A stretch of DNA of 64,000 nucleotides from Dimorphilus gyrociliatus (lineage: Eukaryota > Animalia > Annelida). Below, piece after piece: positions 23,015-35,840 of this stretch. The notes beneath the pieces were generated by a model. That model did no database searches, was not told where the DNA came from, and was given only the letters and a program-made list of their open reading frames with translations. The DNA lies in the NCBI GenBank assembly GCA_904063045.1, contig CAJFCJ010000010.1, positions 1,694,250 to 1,758,249 of the forward strand, read 5' to 3'. The translations under genes and the position numbers were made by a program. Each line of letters opens with the position of its first letter. The stretch's first letter is position 1.

Positions 23015-26000
23015 AAAAAAACTGCAAAAATAGAAAAGAAAAAGCAAACGTCCTTCTCTACATATCTTGGCCTTCCAAATTCACAAAAAAAGAGACTAAA
23101 AGAATCTATATTCTGTACATATATATATATATATATATATAACAAAAAATGATTGTCTATTCTTTATCCAGCTCTTTTTTTCTCCTGTTCAACGCTATTA
23201 AGAAAGGCATACTCTTCTTCAAAAAAAAAAATCTCTTCTCTTTATTACTAATAGCGTTGATTGTTCTTTAATTTTTGTTTGTTTGTTTGTTTGTTTATAT
23301 TCTACTGATTACTACTGTTATCATTGTGATACAATAAAAATAAGCAATGAAAGAAAAAGTAATAAAACCGTTATTTCTTTGTCCGAATGAGAATTAGGCT
23401 GGCGGCGTTAATTTCTAGCAAGTCGTTAACACTTCATTTTTTGTCTTCTAAAAATAACTTGACAAGTCGTAAAACTTGATAGTTTTCCTTTATTTCTCAT
23501 CTTTCTCTCCACACCTATCCAACAGAGATCTCACTTCTTCGAATCATCTTTTTTGAAAGGAAAATGAATGCATCTCCTTTCTTCTTGAATGGAAGAGGAT
23601 TTTCTTTCTTTAATTTTTAAATAACCTTCTATTAGAGAGGATAAAAAAAAACTTGACAAAATCAGTATATAATAATAAATCTTTGGCAACGATATGGAGA
23701 AAATAAGAAATGACTGGTTCATGTTTTAAAGGGAAATCATGCAGAATTCCACTCGCGCGCTTTTTTACGGTCGATTTAACAACGACGATTTGCATATGCA
23801 AATTAATTGCTTCGGCCAGGAAATCTTACGTCAACCGCCATTTGTCAAACAGTAAAAATATAAAAAAAAGTACTATTTCCAAAACCTCATACATAAATTA
23901 TATATTCATATCCTTCTCTCTTTAAAAAAGAAATTACCCTATTTCGTGAAGTAAATGGGCTTTTTTTTCAGCCTATGCGAGAGTATTAAAATAAAATAGC
24001 GACATCTTGAATAAAAAAAGAGAATCGGACACGCGACAGTTGTAACGTTATCTCCGAATTTGAACATTGCCGGAGGGAGTGTCAGATAGAAAGATTCGTA
24101 ACTGTTCAAACTTGATTGAACGGTACAAAATATTGAATTGAAGGGAAAGTAGATTAAGGTCAAATTAAAATTGGGCTTAAATTGAATTAATAATTATGCA
24201 AAAGGAAAATATTCCTTCTTTTCTTCCTCTCTATCTCTCACTTTTTTCAGTTTGACTTTACGCATCTAGATTGATAGAACGGAAAACGAGAGAAAACTTT
24301 TGAATGCATAAGCTGTTTAAGAGCTCAGTCAACACTTGTTCAACCATACAGCACCAGAGTCGCTGGTCGATTTGTGTCGCATGAATTTTTTCCCTTTCAT
24401 CTCGCCCGCCGACTCGTGCGCTCGCATGTTGAACGATTTGTTTCGGGTTTCTCTCAATCTAACATTGAAATTCGGCAGCCCTTTGTAAGACTAGTATTAT
24501 GCATACATATGCATATATATTAAAAAGTCACCGAAGGAGGTAGAAATAGGGAAAGTAGATTGGCAGACTATCTTTAGATTATCAACGGAGATTAAGATAA
24601 TCGGCTGTCCGAATGCCACCAGATTGAGGGTTTGGACTACCTTCTTCTCCCTTGGTAATAGTTATTTTAAAATTCATTTTAGAAAATAGGGGTCAAAATA
24701 AGATGGACAAGAAAGGAAGGTTAATAAAATAAAAAGTGGCATGACATCTTAGGAAATATAGAAAAAAAGGGAAACGAAAGAGTTGAATACGATTAACCTT
24801 TTACAATTTTCAAACCCATTCTCTCCATCCATTAGACTCAATTCGGATGGACAGGAGAAAATGACCCACGTCGTTGAATTGTGTAACGGACGTTGTGATC
24901 TTGACAACCAACCCATTTTCTCTTAACGTAAAGTTACGTTACATTTATGGACCCTTGCTAATTTACATACTTTTACACTTTTATTCTTTTACGCATTCAT
25001 TCCGAATGAGAAGAAAAGTTTAAGAAAGTCAGGTTGATTAATAACGGTCCGGTTTTTCCTTTCAAAAACTACCGGACCTTACATCTATTATTACTAAACG
25101 GAAGTGGACGCGAAGAAAGACAGGGGGTTATAATATAAGGAAAGAAATATACATAAATTCTAAAACCTTTTGTAACTATCTGTCAGAGGCGGCCCGGTAA
25201 CAAAATAGAGGTTAAGTGACCAAAGGCAAAAAAGAGAAAAGCTGAAGAAATTATAAGGAAACTATAGAAATATTATCAATTCAACGATCTGAGCATTACG
25301 TAATATTGCAAATATAAGCTCTTTGTTAAAGACCATAGGAGCGAAAACTTTTCCTACGTTCAAACTACTTGGAGGGTTAAACGGAGATCAAATAATATAG
25401 AGTCACGTGACAAATAATCTATTCGATACATTAAAACAAAATACGCTAAAACTCCCCAGAGACAGCTAAGGTTCGTAACGAATAGTTAAGGCCGCTGCGC
25501 GGACTGTGGCAAAAGGATTAAGACATAATTCTCCTTATATCTTCTAATTATCTTCTTAGACGCTTTTCATCCGTTAAAAATCACTATTAAATCTATTTAC
25601 GTTATACGCGTGTCGCAGGGCAGGTGTTCAGCCGCCTGATTCACTCTTCTCCTTTTTTTGTTATATTTTTTTTGTTCAAACACGTTTTCCCGTCCATTTA
25701 CTCACTTCTTCCGCAAGACTAATTAACGTATTCTTCCCTCTATTATCAAAATATATATCTTATTTACATAGCTTAAGGAAAGGATTTTCCCCGAATTTAA
25801 CAAAAAAATAAAGTAGAAAGAAGAGAAAGCACTCCCTTAAAATATACAACAGAGTTATATTAAGATTTGAAAGAAGTGTACAGACCATCCTTAATTATTT
25901 GCAAATTTATGCAAAAAATACGTCGGATGTACCGTGAATGAAAAATGTCCAATTTTTTTTGACCGTTATAAACGTTTTTTTAGTTAAAGAGAGAAGAGAG

Positions 26001-27140
26001 AAAAATTGAGAGGGAACGGAAGGGGGAAAAAAACAGTTTCGCATCTGTCGCCGTTTAGAGTGGCTTAGAAAAAGACGGAAGTGAATTATAATTTTGAAAA
26101 CTCTAGTTCCCCTAAAGCCGATTTAAAGTTAATAAAGAAAGGATCAATTTATGCTTCGATATGACACGCGACCAATTTTTTATTGTCTTCCCGTTCGCTC
26201 TTTGAATGCGATATATGACTTTATATTACAAATGTAAGGTAATTATAGCAAACGCACTTAAGCAATTATCCACTTTATTATTGAAAAACGGGGAAAAAGT
26301 TTAATCAAAGGTGTTGGCGGAATTCGTAGCATCTCTTATGATCTCATTTTTTCACGTCATTCAAGCTTGCATGAGGTCGTTAGATAACGAAGGTAGAGGT
26401 TAATTAAGGTTGATTGTTAGGAGTAAAAGGCTAGAAAAAAATTACTAAGGACTATGTTGTTTCCCATTGAATAGCTTCTGTCTAAAAAGTAGAGGTTCAA
26501 ACCGAGTTGAAACTCGACAGATGTGCATCTACCTAAAGCTTAATGCTAAAGAACCGCAGAGACAGAAAGAGGGAGGGAAATACAGACAGCTAGATGGACA
26601 GAAAGTAGATGGATAGACGTTTGAAGAAAAAAAGAAAGAAAAGAGATTGAAAAGAATTCGATTTCTCTATTACCCATATTGCTTTTCTAAATGCATTGAA
26701 AGCGCCTAGAAGAACGTTATACAGTGTATATTATTTCTCAAATTAAACAAAATTCAAATGTATAGAACGGAAATGGAATGATTAATGGAATTCAATACGC
26801 GTCAAGTAGACGCCGAGGCCTAAAGGTTAGAGCACGTGCTTGACGCGCGAACGGAGGCTTTGACTATAGGCCTATATCAATCGTATTCCATTTCACAGGA
26901 AATAGGCCCTGTATTAAAATACATATAAATATAAAATACACGCGTCGTTGAATTTTCCTATTATATTATTGTAGAAGGTAAAAGTCGAAGTAATAAATCA
27001 TCTTTTTTCGTAGTTTTTCTCATTTTTATAAGAATAGCACCATGTATTTATGAATGTATATGCGGGAATGAATAAGTGGTTTTAAGGGTAAAGAGTAGAG
27101 AGATATTAGATGGAGGTAGAATTGAATAATATACTATTTC

Positions 27141-27172
<32 letters not shown>

Positions 27173-29821
27173 CAGTATATTCCTATCAAATGGTCGTAAT
27201 TTCTCTATATTACCATCGTTAATTTGTTATACTCTCTAGGTAGTCTGTCGTTTAATAGACATTAACGATTTCAGCTCCAACTTTATCTACTTAAATATCT
27301 TCAATTAAGCGATTCTCTTCTATCCGACACGCTTCTTTTCACAACCTCTTTCACTGATAAAATGTATTAATGGACTAATTTGTTCTTCTCTAAAAGCTGG
27401 GCCTATTGAGCAATCTTTCTTCCTGAATTCAATTTTCCGTCCCAGGTAATAAATAAAAAACACAACTCGTTCAATTTTCTTTAATAGGCTTATAAAAAAA
27501 GGACGCGTACCCATAAAGCTCTCGTTCATCACGGTAAAAAATGAATAAGGACGCTTCTCAGATACTCGAACCAGACAAAAGAGACGCTTTGAAGCCGCGC
27601 CGTCACCAGGTGACGGGTTCTTACTTTGAAGTCAGCGCGCGCTCCCGCCCTGAAAAATTAGTCTAATTGGAAAAGGTTAATTGCGTAACGGCTCGCGACA
27701 AAGTTTACTTTTGGACCGGTAGTTGAAATTTTTTCATATAGTGCGCTATTTCCTTTGATCCAGACGCATTATAGGCTTACATCATTGTCGAGTGGCGTCT
27801 CCCCGCTGAGCGTGACGTGAAAAAGCATTAAATTACGGCGACTTTGGCGGCGTCTAAAGTCTATAGTTGCGTTTCAAATGACACGCGCCAATTTTTTTAT
27901 AGGTGTAGAATAGAAAAGGCAAAAAAGAAAATTCCCTTTTTTAAAAGTGAGAAAAGGGAGGAGTAAAAAGGGAAAAAATTCACTATGATTAGTTACAGTT
28001 GGCAGATTAATGACACCCAGCTCCATGGTGATTTAAACGTGCTAAGAAAAGTTTCATAGGTCAATGTCAAGGTTACTAATTTTTGAATATATTTATGATT
28101 TTGAGTAGACGGGTTGAGTAGAGGGTGAAGGTGTGAGAGAAGATGGTTGAAAGACTCTTTTATTTCGTATTTCTACTATCATTTTTCATACATGGGCGAC
28201 TAGGTCCTATTATAGGCGGGAAATTAATCTACTCCTTTTTCATTCATACAATTCCCAACTGAAAAATATAAATGCTGGAGAAAACATGTGACCACCAAAA
28301 TAGCTGCATAATAGCAAGTCGGAAAAAAGGTCAATTTTCGAGGTCGTCGGAAAAACGCTTTGTCGGCGAGCGTAAAATTCACGAGTAGATAAGAGCAACG
28401 GGAGGCGGAAATAATGGCTCCCATCACGCAACAGCAGAAAAAAGAGACACTCGACTAACAGAATAAAGAAAAAAAATGAGGTTCATTAGTTGATTTTGTA
28501 AGTTTAAGTTGGTGTTTATCGACTTAAAAGTAAAAAAAACCTTGTCAAAAGTTCAAAGAGTTATAATTCATAAAGAATACTGTATTTTGTCAATGCAAGA
28601 GCCCTATAAGGACTGAAAAGGAGATAGACGAAGAAAAAGGGAAAATTGAAGCAGATGATTGAAGATGGTGCACGCGCGTCCCTGCAGGCGGTGGTCATCT
28701 CTTGTATTGAATACGCTCGCGACCCTTTGTCCGATTTTGAGCGCTGACAATTTGCTAAATTGCGCCAGATAGACCCATAGACAACAATAGGGGAGGTTCC
28801 GTGTCAACTTTCTCTCAGTAGGCCTACTATATACTCCTACTGGGTAGCTGTCATTAAATCTGACATTCCGCCGATCGTTCTATTAACTTTTCAATCTTTT
28901 TATAGGCTGTCTTTACCCTCGTTGGGATTGAATTTTAATTAGCCCTACATGACTATTCCATTCAGAATAAATAATATATAGTTGTACTTCTATACGTTCA
29001 TGAGCCTATATTCCCGCCCTTTTTTTTCAATTTTATAAAGATAAAATGATAAAGATCTCAATATACCCAACTCTCGCTAAATCATACTCCCTTCTAAACA
29101 GTTCATTTATTCTAAATAAGCACTATTAGAGAGATAGAAACAATCGTGTCTATAAGAAGGGTAGTAAGGGATTTTACATTTCCGTTCGACATTTTCAGTG
29201 GCCATAAAACACGCCTGTAAAAATACGTAATAAAGGCGTCAATTTGATTGGGAAATGGACGAGTTTTATTCAATCATTTCATAGTTTGTTTAACGATGAA
29301 ATACGTTTTTTGGTTAGACACTCGACATTTTTCCTCTTCGTTTATTCTCGGCTTAAAAAGCTAACATCAAAAGAGAAATACCCAGCCCGAAAATATTATA
29401 AAACTACTTAAAAATCAAGCCCTTCTTTTCGACTTCCAACAGTATAACCTTCCCTTGTCAAGTACCGGATAAAGTTATAATTAGTTTCCATATATTTCCC
29501 AAATCGCCATTCAATACTGCTATAACAAACATAGTCTATAAATGCTTAATAGTTCTTATTAGAAACCAAATAGATTTTTTCTTTAAAAAAAAAAGTAATA
29601 AGATTTATAATAGTAAAAGTTTTTATCCAATTCATGAACAAGTGCAATAAACTTGTTCATTGATAACTTTCATTTAGTTGAAGGTTATTCAATCAGACAT
29701 CTTCTTACAATCATTAGAAGTTTTTTGTCTATTCAATACATTTCTTTGAAGTATGAAGATTCAAGTTATAGTTGTTGAAAATAAGAAATATCTACTTTCA
29801 CAAGTACGTTAATAAAAACTA

Positions 29822-30567
29822 TAGATGGCGCCATGCGACATGGAGACAATGTTGGAAACTATTGTGAGTGAAGTCTTTAATCGTTCAATCATATTTTATA
29901 ACAGCTTGAAATTGTAAAGAATAATTTCAATAGATTTAAAGAAAGAAAAAGACAGAGTGAGAGAGAGAGAGAGAGAGACAAAGAAAAGGAAGAAATCAAA
30001 GAAAAGTAGCCATCATTAAAGATTTCTGTAATTCCTTGAACAATTACTAAGTGTTTTGGCCTTATCTACTACCCGTCGCTCCCTGTATTGAAAGACTCAG
30101 TGTTAATTTGCTTACCTTGAAAGTAATCTTACCGAGAGTCAAGTTAGCGCCTGCCCTGAATAGATTCAAGGGATGATAATTACGTAATTTTACGTATACA
30201 AAGCTCGTTAAGCGTCTCAAAACGCTTTTATCAAGTGCACTTCTATTTCTCCTTCCAAGTACTCAACAACAATAAAACGTAAACATTAGTCACTTTACGT
30301 AACATTTCTTGAACTCAAAAGATACTTTTTCCAAAGAATATTCAAGACTGAGAGACAATTATTTTCTTTCTTATTCAAATTAATTATTGTTATTATTATT
30401 ATTATGTTATCAATCATTTTGACGAAAATTACGCAATTTTTATATCAAATTTTAAATGGAAAAGTAATTAAATTATTTATCTTAAATGAAGTTATCCTAT
30501 TCGTAATAAGATCATACAATTATTTAACTTATTATTATTATATTTTCCACAGTAGCGTCATCTAGTG
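29822..30567. promoter_or_regulatory. CTCF-like motifs at 29822-29831 (+, tagatggcgc) and 30554-30567 (-, cactagatgacgct)
   Basis: Similar to the consensus; located at the distal edge of the neurogenin 3' gene desert. Confidence 0.35.
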
Positions 30568-32241
30568 AGAATAATTTTATTATAATAATTCTTATTGAAT
30601 ATTATAATAGAATTATTTATAAGTCGGTAATTTGGTTATAAATAAATTTATGAATATATTAGGCAAGAAAAAAACTAGTTAAAATGTAGCTTTTAATGAT
30701 TATTTCAAATAATTTAAAAGTAATATCAAAAACCTTTCTAATAACTAACAAAAGTGGTTGTTTTGGGTGATAAATGTCCGCATCCTATTGCGTGTATCAC
30801 AGCAGTATATTTTATTATTTAATAACGCCCGAATGCGGAAAAAAAACCACCTAAAAGACGAAAGTGATAGCTAGTATGATCAACAACCAACTCAATTTTC
30901 AAAAGATTCATCGTATGGGTTTTACAAACGATTTTAATATATTCTATTATTTATATATAATAATCTCGTATTAAATTCATTTATTGAAAGCTTGTCATAA
31001 TGAAGTAATAAATTTTTAACTTTAAAATAATTTAACGCCTAAGTAGGTCAATTAAAAAAAACCAACTTATTCAGATAAAAAATGCTCAAGCAACATAAAA
31101 AATAGTTTGACAACTCGTGAGTAGTTTGGAAAGCTGTAGTAGAGTAGTATCACCCATAATTTGAGACTTTTTTATGTAGATTATGAGTCATTTGTTTTAT
31201 AAATTTGATTAGAATATTAGCTATATTATATCACAATTTGACGCACAAAAGCAACATTTGTTCACTTTTACAATTAGAAATTCACTTTAATAATTTCATA
31301 TTGGCTAGAAGAAAGCGTTATTTTGATAATAAATCCTATAAAAGCCCTGAAATATCAGTAAACTCCGCTAATCGAGTTCCGTTACATTTCATAACTCTCT
31401 CCGCTGATAAGAAACCTATTAGACAGTCTAATTGCCCTCAATGTTAAAAAGAATTATGTAAGATCAGACGATTCGTTGATAAAGTCTCTATGGAAGCTAA
31501 AATATCACTCTCATTTCATGGGAAACATTTGATGGTGTGTGAACGTTGTTAACTTTACTTAATTGACTGGAAGAAAGTTTTTCTTTTGAAGAGTTTTGAA
31601 GGAAAGTTTTAAAATTAAACAAAGAAATAAGGATTAAAAAAACCAGTCATCATCCAAAAATAGGAACACCAGACATAATTTTTTATGTAGTTGACACTTC
31701 TCAGATTGAGCTTAAAAAATTCAACTTGTCTAATGAATATTAATTACTTGGGGTATATTAAAGCTAGAGCCGGATTGAGATCTGCAGTAATCGATTGACC
31801 ACTTCATTAAGGTTTTGAGGTGATTAGAGAAATATTAAGTTATAATTTTTACTTAAACTTAGTTATATATTTTTTTTTAGATTGGAAAAAAGTCTTATTT
31901 GCTCCTTCAGCGACGATCAGTGTATTAACCGGACTACTTTTCAGGTATAATCTCGGCCATTTGCTGATAGATTTAGCATACCCCTAATAATCTGTTCTAA
32001 AACGAATAGAATCTGCCTTAAAGTAGTCGTAAGAACCTTTTGTTAACGAATATTTTCAGATTAGATCATAAACTTTATAACATAATTAAGAAAGTTATTG
32101 ATTTTACAGAATATTCTTGAGTTAACGTAAAAAAAAACTTTTTTTTTTTATTTCATACGGATTGGGTGCAAAGAGCCCAAAAGAATTTTTTAGCACTTTT
32201 CTCTTGTTTCAGTCATTACGTTTAGATTTATATTTGCGAAA

Positions 32242-33218
32242 ATGAAAGAAACAAATCACTTGGCATCTCAAGTTCTTAAAGATTTAGGATCGGACACGGA
32301 AAGATTGGAAACGTTAAGTTCTATAGCGGTTGGCAATGAAACACAGCAAGGCGTCGAAGCTGCTTCTACAGCCATAATTACTCCAGACAATGCAGATTCT
32401 ACGTCAAAGCAGAAGGAAAGTGGTATGTTGGTGAGATTATTTAACGAAATAAACAGTTTGACAGAAAATTCAGAAAAAGAAAATGGCGAATCTGTCGATG
32501 AGAACGGTAATGTTCAAAAATTAACCGATGAAGCAGGTAAGGAGGAAAGCGCTTCGGAACTGCCGGAAGAATCATCTAGTACTACCAGTAATACTACTAC
32601 TACTACTAATACTAATACTACGAATACTACTCGTGTACGACGACGAAAGCAAGAGCACCCGTTTAAGAGTCCAGAGAAAAATGATCCAAATTTTCGAGGT
32701 GTTCATTTCTACATGCAGAACCATCTAACAAAGGACAGAACTGGAATTGAATTTTGCATAGGGGGACGATTCGAGTACTTGAATTTTCATCTTTTTTTAA
32801 CGAGTCGATTTACTTAATTTCTTTAAATGTTTTAGTTGCAGGCGACCTGGAAAAAGACGTCAAAGTGAGGTTATAGGGGCGAAGTGTTTAATAGTAGGAT
32901 CGTACGAGTATCTAGAGAGAAAGCGGAAATCAAGGCGTTTGAATCGAAAATCATTTGTGAAGGAATGCGCATCTTGTCGGTCGAGGAAAACGCCTTTATG
33001 GAGAGATGTCGAGTCGGTACCATTATGCAACGCTTGCGGTATTAGGTAAGTTAACAAATTGTTTTTTTGAATCGTTATGTTAATTATTTATACAACGTTT
33101 GTCAAACAGATTCAAGAAATACAAGTTACGATGCGAAAACTGCTGGTCCGTTCCACGCAAGGAGAAATCTAGATTTCCGTGCGAGCAATGTGGCGGATCT
33201 ATTCAAGATTACAACTAA
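32242..33218 (+). CDS. ZGLP1: ZGLP1 (GATA-like zinc-finger protein 1), about 283 aa. Exons 32242-32774, 32836-33045, 33110-33218
   Basis: RRRKQEHP...DPNFRGV motif, then CASCRSRKTPLWRD...LCNACGIR|FKKYKLRCENCWSVPRK...CEQCG: a GATA finger followed by the ZGLP1-specific second CxxC...CxxC unit. The exon 1 donor (gtactt) is somewhat weak. Confidence 0.88.
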
Positions 33219-35840
33219 ATATCTATGCATTTTTGTCAAGGGAATCGAAATTGTGCCATCCTCCTGGTGCCGGCTTCGACATCTCTCTATATCGATTTTC
33301 GCTTTCTCCCCAAACACTCTAGACGATCCGACTATTTAAACATTTCGCCCTCCTCCTTTCTCTCCCCCTCCTGCTCCTTTTTTAAAATCTGGTAGACAAA
33401 ATTCTGAACTTAGCTAGGTAATTTTACCGAAGAAGACGTTCTACCCCTTCAGCGACGGTGACTCTATATGTATAAATGTTTTTTCCTGTCAGTCTCCGTG
33501 TAAATTGTTTTTGTTGTTTTTGGATAATTGTTAATTTTGATACGGCTTTTGGTACTATTTACATTGACTTTGAAAACATATAAATAAATAAAAAAATATA
33601 TGCTATATATATATATGTATATATATATTAGTATATATGAATATGTGTCTTGTCCTTGTCTATTATATTGTATTATACATGGTTTTTCAGTATGTTAAGT
33701 GTATGTTGATTGTGTCTGTATATAAATTTATATATCTATCTATCTATATATATATGAAATGTATGTTTCTATATTTTCTAAATTTTATATATTCTATGTG
33801 TCATTACGGAAATCCTTTCCGAAAGCCATTTATGTATATACAGTAAATATATATATATACAGTATATATGTATATATATTTCATTAAATGTGTACGCTGT
33901 TTATATAACATCTTAGCTACTGGCCGAATGTGAAGGTTAACCACTCTGCTTTACTATTCTTATAAAATGAAAAAAAGTGGCCAACTCGACCTAACCTACT
34001 TGGGAAGTGGATGAGCTTATATTTTATAATCTATCACAAGAGTCATAAGAGTGTAAAACGGATAATTTTATAAAGTGAATTAACGTCAAAACCTAACAAT
34101 TCATCATTTTATATACTTAGTCGTTTATTAATGAATAATCCATAAATACCGTAAAAACGTTTACTTAGGAGGAAAAAAACTCATGAAATAGGAGTCGTAA
34201 ATTTGCCCAATTTTGTTTTAACTAGGCCCTCATTAACTTTGATAATTTAGACGTTCTCGTCTAGAATTTGCAGGACTTCAAGCTTTTAGCGGGTTTACTT
34301 TTAAATTGTGACATTTGGATTTTGAAATCGTCCAAACTTCTTTCCAAACAAATTTTGTTTACACTAAAAAATTGTGTGATCGAGTTATTGAGATGAATCA
34401 GAGTCATTAAATTCTTAATACCTTCTTTTTTGGTTGCTAAGTTTCAGAAAACATATGCACTAAATAGATTAGGTTCCAGTCTCTTCGGTTCTTTCTTATC
34501 GAGCTAGTAACTCGACTCGAGAATCCGGTTACACATAGGGTAAAATTCGTTAATCGATAAGGAGAAAAGATGTTTGGTTTGTCAAATTTAGAATCATAAT
34601 GCCATTTCAGAATTCTGGATAACAAAATTATAGTACGTTCAACCTCGGGAAATTACGAAGAGAGAAAAGGGTAAACTACTTTAGGACTTTGGACGCCTTC
34701 TGGCGGAAAATTGAGTAACGGTGCTCATTTTTCTCTTTACGCTCGTCGTTGAGTTAAGATTTCCTCTGACTTAAAATATACTTTGTGCTGAATTTTCTCT
34801 GCTGATAAAAGTATTACGGTAATTACAGGTATTTTGATTTTTTTTCTATTAAGATAATAGTCGACATCACTATCTGTTTTTATAAGATTGCTGTTGTATT
34901 ATTCTAAACGTTCAATCTCTTATTGACAAAGTACAGCATAATATGTAATTCGTATTTTGCCCCCTATTCTATCCGTCTCCTCTTTCCTTCCCTTTTTGCT
35001 TTTTATTACTCTTTCAAGTTGGATATAGCAAGTTGTATATAGTGAGAATAATATATCATTATAGGCTTTTATACATAGCATCATGTAATAGGGAGAATAT
35101 AAGAGATTTAACGATTTGTTATTTAAATACAAGTAAAACGTTTTTCATGTTCAAAGTCTATTCCCTTAATTATTATTTAATCTCTTTAAGGTTTAAATGT
35201 AGACAAAAAAGGGAGAAAATAGAAAATCCTTATTATCTCTTTTCATATTTCTTGTAAGGATAGAAAATAAAAAAATGTATTGAGAAAAAGAGAGAGAGAG
35301 AGGGGAGGGGGAAGGGAAAGATAGAAGGAAAAATCAGTACATAAATGATCAGTATTAATGATAGATTAACTAGGTTTCTCTACTCGTTAGACTACTGGTC
35401 TGTATAACAAAAAAAACCAAGTCAATATCAAGATTAAAGGTCAATTTAGAGTGGACTAAATCTTTTTTGTAATAGAAAAGAGACAACAATTATTTATAAG
35501 GCCTAACCCAGTAATGTACTTCACATAAGACATTTTTTAAATGAATAAGAAATTGTCAAGTACGTTCGCATGAAAAGGTCTATTTAAAAAGAATTTATGC
35601 AATTATAATATCATTTAGATTAATTTTGTGTTACACAATGAACAAATAATAAGGTGTAAAAATTTTTAAGTATGTATCAGCTGTGAAGGTGATAAAGGTC
35701 ATTTAATAGATAAAGTCATACTTTTCACGTGTTTGAACAAGAATTAGAACGTTACCACGTTGTTAAGTTTTCCTCGAAACGTTCTAGTTTTTACGCACTG
35801 TTTTTGGTTTGTTTTTTTTGGAAAAGAGAGTTCAATTAAT

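Noticed and set aside
31040-32060. Minus-strand coding-like fragments upstream of ZGLP1 (e.g. MGDTTLLQLSKLLTSCQ; GYAKSISKWPRLYLKSSPVNTLIVAEG)
   Set aside because: Stop frequency is close to chance for AT-rich DNA and I could not build a consistent exon chain or recognise a family.
34140-34750. Possible spliced minus-strand gene between ZGLP1 and the sulfotransferase
   Set aside because: Every exon combination I tried hit early stops or gave no recognisable protein.
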